Shown piece by piece: positions 26,927-40,080 of a DNA stretch of 64,000 nt. The translations under genes and the position numbers were made by a program. The notes under the pieces were generated by a model. That model was not told the origin of the DNA. It made no database searches and saw nothing but the letters and a program-made list of their open reading frames with translations. Source of the DNA: Octopus vulgaris (Eukaryota); contig OX597839.1 in the NCBI GenBank assembly GCA_951406725.2, forward strand, positions 24,490,001 through 24,554,000, written 5' to 3'. Position 1 is the first letter of the stretch. Each line of letters starts with the position of its first letter.

Positions 26927-27345
26927 AAGAAGAAGAAGAGGAGGAGGAGGAGGAGGAAGAAGAAGAAGAAGAAGAAGAAGAAAAAGGAGAAGAAGAAGAA
27001 GAAAAAGAAGAAGAAGAAAGAGAAGAAGAAGAAGAAAAAGAAGAAGAAAAAGAAGAAGAGGAGGAGGAGGAAGAAGGAGAAGAAGAAAAAGAAGAAGAAG
27101 AAAAAGAAGGAGAAGAAGAGGAGGAGGAGGAAGAAGGAGAAGAAGAAGAAAGAAGAAGAAGAAGAAGAAAAAGAAGAAGAAGAAGAAGAAGAAGAAGAAG
27201 AAGAAGAAGAAGAAGAAGAAGAAAAAGAAGAAGAGGAGGAGGAGGAAGAAGGAGAAGAAGAAAAAGAAGAAGAAGAAGAAAAAGAAGGAGAAGAAAAGGA
27301 GGAGGAGGAGGAGGAGGAAGGAGAAGAAGAAAAAGAAGGAGATAA
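26927..27345. repeat. (GAA)n/(GGA)n pure-purine tract
   Basis: Direct reading, ~415 bp without pyrimidines. Confidence 0.97.
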
Positions 27346-27397
27346 CAAAGAAAGAAGGTTTGAGTTGGAAGTTTGATTAAAAGACCAATTAACATGG

Positions 27398-27457
<60 letters not shown>

Positions 27458-28096
27458 CAATGGGAAGACAAGGGCAAGAGAAAAAGAAGAGAAGAAAGAA
27501 AGAGTGAAGGAGTGTCTAACAGAGTGAGGGTTGGAGTTAGAGGTAGGAACACAAGTGTGGGGGGTAGGGGTGCCTGATGTCAGAAAGGTGGGCAATGGAT
27601 AAGGGGTTCGAATTTCAGCCAAGCTATCCAACAAAGATAAGAAGTGTGAAAGAAGCGGGGTGGGGTGGGGTGGAGGTGGGGATGAGAGGGTTGAAGGCCA
27701 GAAAAAGGTCAGTGCTAGGATGATAGTCTTAAAGACATTCCAGCCATGACAAACCTGTCTGTTAGGACCTTGGGTAAATGTCTTCTTCTACAGCCCTGGG
27801 CTGACCAAAGCAGTAGATTTGGCAGAAGGAAACTGAAAGAAACCTGTTGTGTATATATATATATAGATATTGTTTTGTTCTTTTATTTGTTTTAGTCATT
27901 TGACTGTGGCCATGCTGGAGCACCATCTTCAGTTGAACAAGTTGACCCCAGGACTTATTCTTTGTAAGCCCGGTACTTATTCTATTGGTCTTTTTTGCCA
28001 AACCACTAAGTTACGGGGATGTAAGCACACCAACATCGGTTGTCAAGCAATGGAGTGGGTACAAAGACAGACACACACACACAGATATATATATAT

Positions 28097-28291
28097 AAAA
28101 TTAATCCAAACAAGAAAGCACAAAAAAACACAGCAACGCGAGGATGTGGAACAAATATAGTATTATTGCACACTCAGAAGGAGAGTTTAACGTTTCGAGT
28201 GGAGCTCTTCGTCGGAAACATAGGAGAAGGAAAGATCCAGAGAAGGGAAGACAGAGGAAAAAAAATCGCCAACAGTACACACGTGGTCACA
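28097..28291 (-). mobile_element. Penelope-like terminal-repeat remnant between (TA)n tracts
   Basis: Minus strand GTTT-CCGACGA-A-GAGC-TCC-ACTC-GAAAC-GTT-AAAC. Related to 58445-58630. Confidence 0.55.
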
Positions 28292-28607
28292 TATATATAT
28301 ATATATATATATATTTCGGTGCGAATGGTTTTGTTATACAGTGCCGAGTTTTACAATCCTGCAAATAATAACACAATGTAAGAATTTTCAAAAAAATATT
28401 TGTCTATTGTATTTTTTTAGGTGTTTATCAATCCATTTTTTTCTGCTGATTCCAAAAATGAAATTATTTTTTGTGTATCATCAACAGTTAAAAAAATATG
28501 TCGACTTTCAATGTTATTATATATTCGGTATTGTTATAATGTTCTGCTACTAAATGTATGTCTAATTTTCTCTTTCAGACCAATTTCTAAGTTCTGCTAC
28601 TTTCAGG

Positions 28608-30288
28608 ATGGCTACTAGAGTATGAAAAAATTCTCCAGATACATTTTGCTATGTGTGTGGTTATTATATTGGGAAAAAGCAGGTATTACATAAGATCGTG
28701 AAAGGTACCAAATTGTGGATAGCGTACAGACTCTATTTCGGAATGCCCATAGGTGACCAGGACAAACCATGGCCCCACATGTGATATGTGGAAGTTGTCG
28801 ATCTACTCTAGAAGCTAGAAGGATGGTTAAGGGGTACAAGAAGGTCAATGCCTTTTGCCATTCCAAGGGTATGGAGAGAGCCAAAGAACCATCACGATGA
28901 CTGTTACTTTTATATGATCGATGTGACAAAGTAGAGAAAAGTGAAAGGAAGATAAGCTCTTCAGTATCCAGACATACCATCATCTAGAGCACCTGCCCCA
29001 CATGATGACAGTTTACGAGTACCACTACCACCAGAAGATATTTCATCTGAAGAGTCAACAAGTAGCAGAAGCCAAGAAATGGCGGAAGCTTTCGTACCAT
29101 GAACGACTTTGGAGCCTCACTTTCCAAATCAGAGTGAGTTGGATGATTTAATCAGGGATCTGGGCCTTACTAAGTCAGGAGCTGAACTTCTTTCATCAAG
29201 TTTGAAGGTATGGAATCTACTGGGGGAAGACTGCAAGACATATTTGTACCAGAAACGCCATGAAGAATTTGAAATTTACTATGAAAATATTAATGATCTG
29301 TGTTATTGTAAAGATGTGATTGGTTTGTTTACTGCTATTGGACTCAAGCATGATTCTGCAGAATGGCGACTGTTCATAGATAGCTCAACACGAAGTCTCA
29401 AAGCAATGTTGCTCCACAATGGAAATAAATATCCTTGTTTGCCTCTTGTACACTCCGTACAGAAGAAAGAAAATTACGATAATGTCAAAGGAACATCTCA
29501 ACAAAATAAATTACGCTGAGTTCAAGTGGGATGTTTGTGGTGATTTCAAGATGCTTGCTTTCTTGCTTGGCTTGCAAGAGGGATACACAAAGTATTCGTG
29601 TTTCCTTTGCTTATGGGACAGCAGAGCTGATGATGATCATTACAAGAGAGTACATTGACCCCCATGAGTGGAACTGCAGCCAGGAATGCTAAATGGTCTC
29701 AAACAGCCTCTAGTAGATTCCAACAAAATCTTATTACCTCCACTTCATATCAAACTCGAATTGGTAAAATAGTTTGTGAAGGCCTTAGATTTTAGAGGAG
29801 GAGCTTTTCAAGAAATTTGTCTTATGTTTCCAAAGCTCTCTGAGGCTAAGATCAAGGGTGGCATATTTGTTGGGCCCCAAGTAAATGCAATGTTAAAGTC
29901 GAAGAAACTGGAAAGAGCGATGATAAAAGTTGAAAAAGAAGCTTGGTGTGCATTTCGTGATGTAGTTCGTGGATTCCTAGGCAATCACAAGGATCCTATT
30001 TACAAACAGCTGGTAGCAAAGCTTATAGAAAACTTCAAGAAAATGGGTTGTCGTATGTCCTTAAAGGTTCATTTTTGCACTCTCACCTAGATTTTTTTCC
30101 CCGAAAACTTGGTTGATGTCAGTGAGAAGCATGGTGTGAGATTTCATTAGGACATCACAAATATGGAAAGAAGATACCAAGGACGATGGGATACTGCTAT
30201 GATGGGAGATTATATATGGTCTCTAGTCAGAAGAGATGAAGGTATACACTCTAGAAAATCTCGATCGTCAAAGCACTTCTCATCTTAA
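28608..30288 (+). pseudogene. Chapaev3-type (CMC) DNA transposase, multiple stops and frameshifts
   Basis: MATRV*KNSPDTFCYVCG, PHVICGSC, MPFAIPRVWREPKNHHDDCYF, EWRLFIDSSTRSLKAMLLHNGNKY, VCGDFK..GYTKYSCFLCLWDSRA, LLPPLHIKL, EAKIKGGIFVGPQ, GCRMSLKVHF, RYQGRWDTAMMGDYIWSL. Acceptor-like tttcAG just before the ATG. TIRs not identified. Confidence 0.85.
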
Positions 30289-30644
30289 GAAAAGAGTTAT
30301 CAAGGTATTTACAGTGCAGAGTTTTATTGTTTCTTTTTGTTCTAACTAATATCATACTTCCTGAAAAACCTTTCAATATATGAAAAAGTACTAAATGTTG
30401 TGTAGTAATTATCCTTACAATACTAGAGTAGATTGAGCCAACAAACTGCTATACAGAAAAGCTACAATATAACTGGCTTCTGTGCCAGTGGCACGTAAAA
30501 AGCACCATCCGATCGTGGCCGTTGTATTTTTTGTACTTATTAATGTTCATAAATGCAGTTTTTGCCACTAAATTAAAAAATCACATTCGTTTTCACGTAA
30601 CATCGATAGTTATTTATTTATTCCTAATTTCATATTTGCTCGTT

Positions 30645-31080
30645 ATCATCATCATCATCATCATCGTTTAGCATCCGCTTTCCATGCTGGCATGGGTTGG
30701 ATGGTTCAACTGGGGTCTGGGAAGCCAGAAGGCTGCACCAGGCCCAGTCTGATCTGGCAATGTTTCTACAGCTGGATGCCCTTCCCAATGCCAACCACTC
30801 TGTGAGTGTAGTGGGTGCTTTTTATGTGCCACCAGCACAGGTGCCAGACAAGGCTGGCAGCGGCCACAATCGGATGGTGCTTTTTACGTGCCACCGGCAT
30901 GGAGGCCAGGCGAGGCTAGCAACGACCACGATTGGATGGTGCTTTTTACGTGCCACCACCACGGAGGCCAGTCGGGGCGGCACTGGCAACGGCCACGTTC
31001 GGATGGTTCTCTTATGTACCACCGGCACTGGTATCACAGCTACAATTTCCATTGATGTTGATCGATTTTGATTTTGATTT
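30645..31080 (-). mobile_element. RTE LINE 3' UTR with four modules
   Basis: (CAT)n at left, matches 54522-54960. Confidence 0.85.
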
Positions 31081-31397
31081 AGTTATATTATATAGATATA
31101 TATTATACATATATTATATATATATAATATAATATAAATATATATGTGCAACAGACACGAACACACATACACACATGTACATACACCTATTGCATGTTTT
31201 GTGCATGCATACATGTTCATAAACAGAAATGAATGGGACAATGGTAGGTGTGCCACAGTGTAACCTGAATATAATTTTTTTTCCCTATACTCTTGGTTAT
31301 ATTTTTAGTTCAGGTACATCGCTGAATTTTGAAAAGAATCTAAGTGTATCACCAGAAAAAAGGGGTTGTAAGAAGCTTGCTCCCCAACTACTATTTT

Positions 31398-31800
31398 TTA
31401 CTCTTTTACTTGTTTCAGTCATTTTGACTGCAGCCATGCTGGAGCACCGCCTTTAGTCGAGCAAATCGACTCCGGGACTTATTCTTTGTAAGCCCAGTAC
31501 TTATTCTATCGGTCTCTTTTGCCGAACCGCTAACTAACGGGGATGTAAACACACCAGCATCGGTTGTCAAGCAATGCTAGGGGGACAAACACAGACACAC
31601 AAACACATACACACACTTATATATATATACATATATACGACAGGCTTCTTTCAGTTTCCGTCTACCAAATCCACTCACAAGGCATTGGTCGGCCCGGGGC
31701 TATAGCAGAAGACACTTGCCCAAGATGCCACGCAGTGGGACTGAACCCGGAACCATGTGGTTGTTTAGCAAGCTACTTACTACAAAGCCACTCCTGCGCC
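31398..31800 (-). mobile_element. SINE family A
   Basis: Full-length reverse copy. Confidence 0.9.
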
Positions 31801-32112
31801 TATAAAAAGATATTTGCATCGGCCGGGATGCAAATGTACATATATATATACATACATATATATATATGTATGTATATATTTGTGTTGACTCATGTGACTA
31901 AAATTCTTCAAGGTGGTGCCCCAGTATGGCCACAATCTAATAACTGAATCTACTGAGAGATTAAAATGATGTGCGTATGTGTCTGAGTGTATGTGTGTAT
32001 TAGTGTGTGTGTGTGTGTGTGCATGAACGTGCGTTAGTCTGTTTGTGTATTTGTGTATGTGTCATTGTAGTCATGTGTGTGAATAAATGTTTGGGTATAT
32101 GTACAAATGTTT

Positions 32113-32151
<39 letters not shown>

Positions 32152-32179
32152 TGTGTGTTTCTAGTCTGCTTCAGTGATT

Positions 32180-32282
<103 letters not shown>

Positions 32283-33039
32283 TGTGTATTTGTGTGTTTT
32301 TTTGTGTGTGTGTGTGAGAGAGAGAGTTCATACATACACGTGTGTGTGTTTGTGTGAGGGTTTGACATACATATGCATGTGTGTGTGTGTGTGTATGAGC
32401 TGGCATTTATGATTAAAAGAGTGCCTCTGTGAGTATGTGTGTGTGTGTGTGCATGTGTACAGATAAGAGTTTTAGTACGTGTGTGTGTATTTGAGTGTAT
32501 GCATGTGTGCGTTTGTGTGTGTGTGTCTGTGTGTGTATGTGTGTGTGTCTGTGTGTGTGTGTGTGTGTGTATTTGAGTGTATGCATGTGTGCGTTTGTGT
32601 GTGTGTGTCTGTGTGTGTGTGTGTGTATTTGAGTGTATGCATGTGTGCGTTTGTGTGTGTGTGTGTGTGTTAATTGAGAACATCAGAGAAGAATGATAAT
32701 GAAAGGAAGTGATACAGAAAAGATGGAGGTTGGGGGTTAAGTAGGAGGAAGAACCAAACTCTCTCCCTCCAACCCTCTCCCTTTCTCTACTTCCCTCCCT
32801 CTTCCTTTCACTCCCTCTCTCCCTCTCTCTCTCTAGTCTCTGTCTCTCCCTTTCCCCTCTTTCTCTGTCACAGATCAAATCTTTTGGAAGAAATATTTGA
32901 AGAATTCCTTTTAATAAACCATTTCTCTGCTTTCAATAGATTTATTTTAGTCTGTTTAACCATGGACCAATGACCACACACACACACACACACACACAGC
33001 TGATATATATATGTAAATATATCTTTCTTTCTTTTCTTT

Positions 33040-33427
33040 TATCTTTTACTTGTTTCAGTCATTTGACTGCGGCCATGCTGGAGCACCGCCTTTAGTTGAG
33101 CAAATCGACCCCGGGACTTATTCTTTTTGTAAGCCCAGTACTTATTCTATCGGTCTCTTTTGCCGAACCGCTAAGTGACGGGGACATACACACACCAGCA
33201 TCGGTTGTCAAGCAATGCTAGGGGGACAAACACAGACACACAAACACACACACGCATATATGTATATATACATATATACGACAGGCTTCTTTCAGTTTCC
33301 GTCTACCAAATCCACTCACAAGGCTTTGGTCGGCCCGGGGCTATAGTAGAAGACACGTGCCCAAGGTGGGACTGAACCCGGAACCATGTGGTTGGTTAGC
33401 AAGCTACTTACCACACAGCCACTCCTG
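33040..33427 (-). mobile_element. SINE family A
   Basis: Near full-length reverse copy. Confidence 0.9.
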
Positions 33428-33699
33428 TTAGCTATATATAAATATATATATAACAAGTGTGTGTGTGTATCTTTTTTTATTCTTTTACTCTTTTATTTGT
33501 TTCAGTAATTTTGACTGCGGCCATGCTGGAGCACCACCTTTAGTCGAACTTGTTCTTTGTAAGCCTACTACTAATTCTACCGCTCTCTTCTGCTGATCCA
33601 CTAAGTTACATGGACGCAAATACACTAACATTGGTTGTCAAGCGGGTGGGGGGGGGGCACTGAAACACTAACACACAAACATGTACATACATACATATA

Positions 33700-33780
<81 letters not shown>

Positions 33781-33840
33781 GTATATATATATAATAAAAA
33801 CTTACTTGGAGGATAAGAAACAACGCGAGGCATTCAGTCA

Positions 33841-34433
33841 TATATAATAACAATTTAATAAATAAAACATATGCATACATACATATATGTACATACCTAC
33901 ATCTATACATATATATACATGCATATATATATATATATATATATATGAGTACAGGACACCACAAATAAACGTAGAACACAATGAGAAACGAAAACATAAA
34001 AACAAACAAGGAAACGGACTTTTTTTAACAACGAAAAAACAGAGTACAAGACAAACAACACAAGGAACATTCCCCTTCTTCAGCTGCCTCTGGTTAGACT
34101 CAATATTTAATTCATTTTGCAGGAAGGACTGCTTCGGCCTGGCCGTGTTCTGCCCTTGCCTTCGAAACACGCATTGAGTCGAAACAGGGGCAGCTGATGA
34201 AGGGGAATATTCCTTGTATTGTTTGTTTTGTACTCTGTTCTTTCGTTGTTAAAAAAGTCCGTTTCCTTGTTTGTTTTTATGTTTCCATTTCTCGTTGTGT
34301 TCTACGTTTATTTGTGGTGTCTGTACATTATATATATATATATATATATATATATGCATGTATATATACATATAGATGTAGGTATGTACATATATGTATG
34401 TATGTATGTATGCATATGTTTTATTTGTTAAAT

Positions 34434-34445
<12 letters not shown>
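33841..34445. mobile_element. Fold-back element: ~260-bp inverted arms, Penelope-like terminal repeats
   Basis: 33841-34103 is the reverse complement of ~34173-34445, (TA)n-flanked. Contains CTGATGA/CTGAAGA and CGAAAC. The arm recurs at 58690-58945. Confidence 0.7.
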
Positions 34446-34470
<25 letters not shown>

Positions 34471-35298
34471 GTATATATATGTGTATGTATGTATGTATAT
34501 ATATATATATGTATATATATATATACAAACACACACATGACGGGCTTCTTTTCAGTTTCCATCTACCACATTCACTCAAAAGGCTTTAGTCGAACCGAGG
34601 TTACAGTAGAAAACACTTGCCCAATGTGCATTGCTGTGGGACTGAACCCGGAACCATGTAGTTGGGAAGCAAGCTTCTTACCACACAGCCATCGCTCCGG
34701 TCTGATCTGGCAATGTTTCTACAGCTTGATGCTCTTCCTAATGCCAACCACTCTGAGAGAGTAGTGGGTGCTTTTTATGTGCCACCAGCACAGGTGCCAG
34801 TCAGGCGGCACTGGCACTGACCACGCTTGAATGATACTTTTTTAAGTGCCACTGGCATCATCCACAGTCAAACGGTGCTTTTTAAGTGTTACGAGCAAGG
34901 GTGCCAGTCTGGCATTGGCCACGACTACAATTTTATCTATATGATATTAACTAATTCCTTTGGCTAATTCCTTTACCATGAATTACAAATTTTGGCACTT
35001 ACATCAACCCCAGTGCGTAACTGGTACTAATTTTATCAACCCTGCAAAGATAAAAAGTAAAGTTGACCTCGGTGAAATTTGAACTCAGAACCAACAGATT
35101 GGATGAAATGCTACAAAGCATTTTTTGCCTGGTGTGTTAACAATTCTGCCAACTCATTGACTAATAGCTCAATTTCATTTCAATAAATACCTTTGGCTAA
35201 ATTTGACCTCCCCACCTATAGCTATAGGTTATCAACAAATGCCCATATCTATATGATATTAACAAATACCCATGATTAAATTTCATCATCATCATTTA

Positions 35299-36160
35299 TC
35301 CCTTTCATTACCAAATTTCTGTTGGGCTTCTTTGTGTTTCGTTCACTTAATTTTAAATATAACAGAGAATTTAGTAAAATAGGGAGCACTCTGTCGGTTA
35401 CGACGAAGAGGGTCCCAGCTGATACAATCAACGGAACAGCTTGCTCGTGGAATTAACGTGCAAGTGACTGAGCAATCCACAGACACGTGTACCCTTAACG
35501 TAGTTCTCGGGGAGATTCAGCATGACACAGAGTGTGACAAGGCCGGCCCCTTGAAATACAGGTACAACTCATTTTTGCCAGCTGAGTGGACTGCAGCACC
35601 GTGAAATAAAGTGTCTTGCTCAAGGACACAACGCATCGCCGGGAATTGAACTCACAACCTTATAATCGTCAGCCGAATGCCCTAACCACTAAGCCATGCG
35701 CCTTCACTGATAACTTAGGTATCATTAAGACAGTGTTAGGAACATAAATTGTGACTAAGGTTTGGTGGAAGATTTTAATTCAGAACTTTTGAAAACAAGA
35801 CATTTGTACTACAGAGCCAGAGATTGTTTCAGCCGGGTTGGGATAAAAAAAGGTTAATTTGCAGATTTTGTTTGACTTGTTAGAAATAGCAGCCAAATCT
35901 TGTGCAAATTGAAGACACATTTGACTGACTGTCTTTAGCCCTTTTGTTACCATATTTCTGTTGAGATGCTCTGTGTTTCTTTCAATTAATTTTAAATATA
36001 ACAAAGAATTTAGTAAAATAACTTTGTTATCATTAAGCTAGTGTTAGGAACATAAACTGTGACTAAGGTTTGGTGGAAGATTTTAATTTAAAACTTTTGA
36101 AAACAGGACATTTGTACTACAGAGCCAGAAGTGGTTTCAGCCGGGTTGGTATCAAAAGGG
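35299..36160. mobile_element. Two piggyBac-like MITE copies, the first interrupted by a SINE C variant (35381-35708, -)
   Basis: Homology to 6702-6922, degenerate TTAA ends. Confidence 0.75.
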
Positions 36161-37112
36161 CTAATATCTGTTTTTGATGCTGGCATTAAATGGTTTGACT
36201 GGAACTGGTAAGCTGGAGAGCTTCCGGTCTGTTTTGGCTTGCAATGAGCCCAAAGGCTGCTGTGAGTTCCAGTGTCTGCTTTGGTAGGGTTTCGACAGCT
36301 GGATGCCCTTCCTAACGTCGACCACTCCACAGAGCCTTTTACATGTCATCACCATGGGTGCCCCAGATGTGTCACCAGCATGGGTACCTTTTAGTGTCAC
36401 TGGCAATATCCACAACTATGAACTTTACCAATATGATATCAATGTAGAGGTGCATGGCTTAGTGGTCAGGGGTGGGCTCACAATCGTAAGATTGTGGTTT
36501 CGATTCCTGGACTGGGAAACGTGTTGTGTTCTTGAGTAAAACCCTTCATTTTACATTTCTTCAGTTCACTCAGCTGTGAATGGGAAGCGCATTGTGATAA
36601 GTGGTGTATAACAACAGCCAATAGTCTGGTCAATACTATGATACTGTGTGTGTGAAGGCATGTGGCCAAGCAGTTGGAGTGTTACATTCATGACTGCAAG
36701 ATCATGGTTTCAATTCCCAGACCAGGTGGTGTATTGCATTCTTGGGCAAAACACTTCATTTCCTGTTGCTCCAGTCCACTCAGCTGGTAGAAATGAGTCA
36801 TCCTGTGAAGGACTGGGGTCCCATCCAGGTGGAGAATTCATACGCCATGGAAACCGGCCCTTATGAGTCAACAGGACTAACAAAGGTAACTTTACCTTTT
36901 TCTTTCGTATGATATCAACAACCATAACTATATTTTGATATCAATACCCATAGCTATTTGATATCAATAAATACAATAAACACTGATAATTATATGATTA
37001 CTGCAAGATATATACATCCATTGCTATATGATTTTAGCAATAAAAATCCATAGCAATAACATATCAATAAAAATCTCTATGCATTTAATTGGTTATGACA
37101 AGCTATCTCCAT

Positions 37113-37485
37113 AAGGCACAATGGCCCAGTGGTTAGGGTAGCGGACTCGCAGTCGTAGGATCACAGTTTCAGTTCCCAGACCAGGTGCTCTGAGTGTTTA
37201 TTGAAAACATTTAAAGCTCCACAAGGCTCTGGCAGGGGTGGTGGTGAACCCTGCTGTACTCTTTCACCACAACTTTCTCCTACTCTTTCTTCCTGTTTCT
37301 GTTGTACCTGTATTTCAAAGGGCCAGCCTTGTCCCACTCTGTGTCACTCTGAATTTGCCCGAGAACTACGTTAAGGGTACATGTGTCTGTGGAGTGCTCA
37401 GCCACTTGAATGCTAATTTCACAAGCAGGCTGTTCCAGTGAATTGATCAACTGGAACCCTCATCATCGTAACCGCCAGAGTGTCG
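37113..37485 (+). mobile_element. SINE family C
   Basis: Colinear with 43994-44385. Confidence 0.85.
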
Positions 37486-38000
37486 AAAACTCATAGCAGT
37501 AATATATCGTTAACCCGATAACTATATGAAATATCAACAAAAAACTATCAATATATAACTATGTCCAATAAAACTCAGTACTTATAGGTTTAATGCACAC
37601 ACACACACACAGTATCATAGTATTGACCAGACTATTGGCTGTTGTTATATACACCACTTGTCACAGTGCGCTTCCTATTCACAGCTGAGTGAACTGGAGA
37701 AACGTAAAATGAAGGGTTTTACTCAAGAACACAACACGTTTCCCAGTCCAGGAATCGAAACCACAATCTTACGATTGTGAGCCCAACACCCCTGACCACT
37801 AAGCCATGCACCTCTACATTGATATCATATTGGTAAAGTTCATAGCCGTGGATATTGCCAGTGACACGTAAAAGGCATCCATAGTTATAAAATGATGTGA
37901 TCAAGTCACAGCTATATATCAACAAATATCTTTGGATATTATATGGGTAACTATGGTAATAAATCTCCATAGTTAATATGATGACTGTAATATATATATC

Positions 38001-38863
38001 CAGTGCTGGATTAACCATTAAGCAAAATAAGCACATACTTAAGGCATCAGGGGAAGGAGGGGGGCACCATAGAAATGGTAAATGGTTTATGGCACAAATG
38101 AAATCACTTGAAAATTGCTAAAATAATATTTGGGATGCCTTTATCTCTCTCTATATAAACGGCAGTTTGTCTGTCTGTGTGTCTGTCAGGTTGTACCCTC
38201 ACCCTGACCACGGCTTTCAACCGATTCTGATGAAACTTGACACACACATAGCCCAATGTCATAATTCAAAACTAACGCAGCGAAAATTTTGAAAAGTTTC
38301 CCCAGTTCTGAAAAAAATTGATAAATTCGACATGGGGTCGAGAATCTAAGCTTTTTATATGCAACACATTTTCTGTCTAGGGGACACAACTCGACCTTTT
38401 TATCGCCCAAAAGGACAGCTAGGAACATCGTATACACGGAAGTATTCGAGTGAAGGGAAGACATTGCAACCTACACATGCGCCTTCGTTCCCTAGAGAGA
38501 AAGGACTAGATTGGGATTAGCCGTTGCCTACTAGGGGCTCTTACATACCCGGGCAATGCCGGGCTATGCTGCTAGTCTCTACTAAGTATAGATGCAGATG
38601 TGTTTTGTAAGATTAATTATGAGGATCTGATCAAAGACTTTGCAATTAACTAAAAGGTAGGAGAAAACTTTTCAAATATAAATAAAGTGGAAAAAATACA
38701 AAAATAAACATTAATTTCCTTTCTTATTGTTTTGTTTCGTTTTGAAAAATAAAAATTAATTTTATGGTTTATTATTGTTTATATTTTGAATTACATAATC
38801 TTTTATGGGGGCACCAAAATCTTTTAAGTGCTTAGGGCCTCGATGGGTCTTAATCCAGCCCTG
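38001..38863. mobile_element. hAT-like MITE
   Basis: TIR CAGTGCTGGATTAA / TTAATCCAGCCCTG, 8-bp flanks tatatatc/catatacc (6/8). Confidence 0.75.
38144..38575 (+). mobile_element. Non-autonomous Helitron nested in the hAT MITE
   Basis: A|TC start, first ~200 bp shared with 9153, hairpin CCCGGGCAATGCCGGG and CTAG|T end. Confidence 0.85.
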
Positions 38864-38929
38864 CATATACCCATAGCAATATGTATACAATGGAGGCAAA
38901 TCCCTAATCTGGGATGTGATGTGCTGTGT

Positions 38930-39632
38930 GACATTTTCTCTGGTCCCAATCTTGCTGCATCGGGCACAAACCTGGGTATTGCGACCCCTAACACAGAAGA
39001 AAGATGAACCAATACAGGAGCCTGACTGGCTGTTATCAGTTTGTGATGGTCACTGTTGAGGCCTTGGGTGTTCTTGGACAAACTGGACATTATCAAAGAT
39101 GCTTGAGAGGCGGTTGGATGGAACCTACACTCGCCTCCTTATGAGAGCTCAAAATCTCTCGTGGAAGAGCCATCCAACCAAAATGCAAATATATGGGAAA
39201 CTACCACCTGTCTCATCTCTTGTGAAAGGTAGGAGAGTCCAGTTTGCTGGACATTGTTGTAGAGCTGAAAAAGCGGTAATTTCTACTCTTCTCCTCTGGA
39301 AGCCATCTACTCTTGATACCAGAGGGCGCACACTCTCCTACCTTGATGTAATCTCCAGGGATACAGGCATCCAGCAACAGGACCTCCGTAATGCCATGAT
39401 GGACTGTGAAGTCTGGCGTAGCATGGTAAATTCCATTGTCTCAACCACGGTCGAACAATGATGATGATGATGATGTTCTTGGACCCTGCACTGCTGATTT
39501 CCTCACCAAAATCAGGATAACTGCAGCCTGTTTGAGAAATGAGCTCTGCAAGGTGGGTTGGGTGGCTGTTGCAGGGAGTACCCTGGCCGTTATTCTCTGC
39601 AGCAATGCCTTTGCAATTATGTCCACAAGGCA
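38930..39632 (+). pseudogene. CRE-clade (RLE) non-LTR C-terminal remnant, split by an RTE insertion
   Basis: YQFVMVTVEALGVLG|PCTADFLTKI...LAVIL.SNAFAIMST resembles the F.P.A.ETLG..GP...LS.AVQRGNA end of CRE-type proteins. Confidence 0.6.
39080..39473 (+). mobile_element. 5'-truncated RTE-type LINE
   Basis: LERRLDGTYTRLLMRAQNLSWKSH...RRVQFAGHC...WRSMV, (TGA)n tail, 11-bp TSD TGTTCTTGGAC at 39069-39079 and 39474-39484. Confidence 0.85.
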
Positions 39633-40029
39633 TACAAGCAGGTGCTGAAAAGTTCCTGGCTTTAAGCGCATCATGAAAGGCCTGGCTGGAGGCCCAACCT
39701 TAAGAGGCCTTGGGCTAACAGGTTTTGGGATCTGACAATACGCCACAAAGCTAAACCCTTTATGGACAGGAAACCTAAGGTAATCCCTTGACCAGCCTTC
39801 CCCATTCTTTATATATATATATATATATATATGATTTGATTTGATTTGATTTTGATTTTTCCAGTTTCAGCTAATGAGCTGTGGCCATGCTGGGGCACCG
39901 CCATTTGGTTTGCTACACGGTTTTACCTCACGGATGCTTTTTAGCAAACGCCATCTGATACATGAGAGAGTTCGATGCAGCTGCCCTCATCTGCACCTCC
40001 TGCCGTGAAGTTGGTTCATCCAGCTTCAC

Positions 40030-40080
40030 GGGTTAGGGTTAGGGTTAGGGTTATATATAGGGTTAGGGTTAGGGTTAGGG

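Noticed and set aside
25952-27395. Poly-G/D/V/E/K/R ORFs (also 59927-60677)
   Set aside because: Trinucleotide repeats open in many frames, with no unique coding context.
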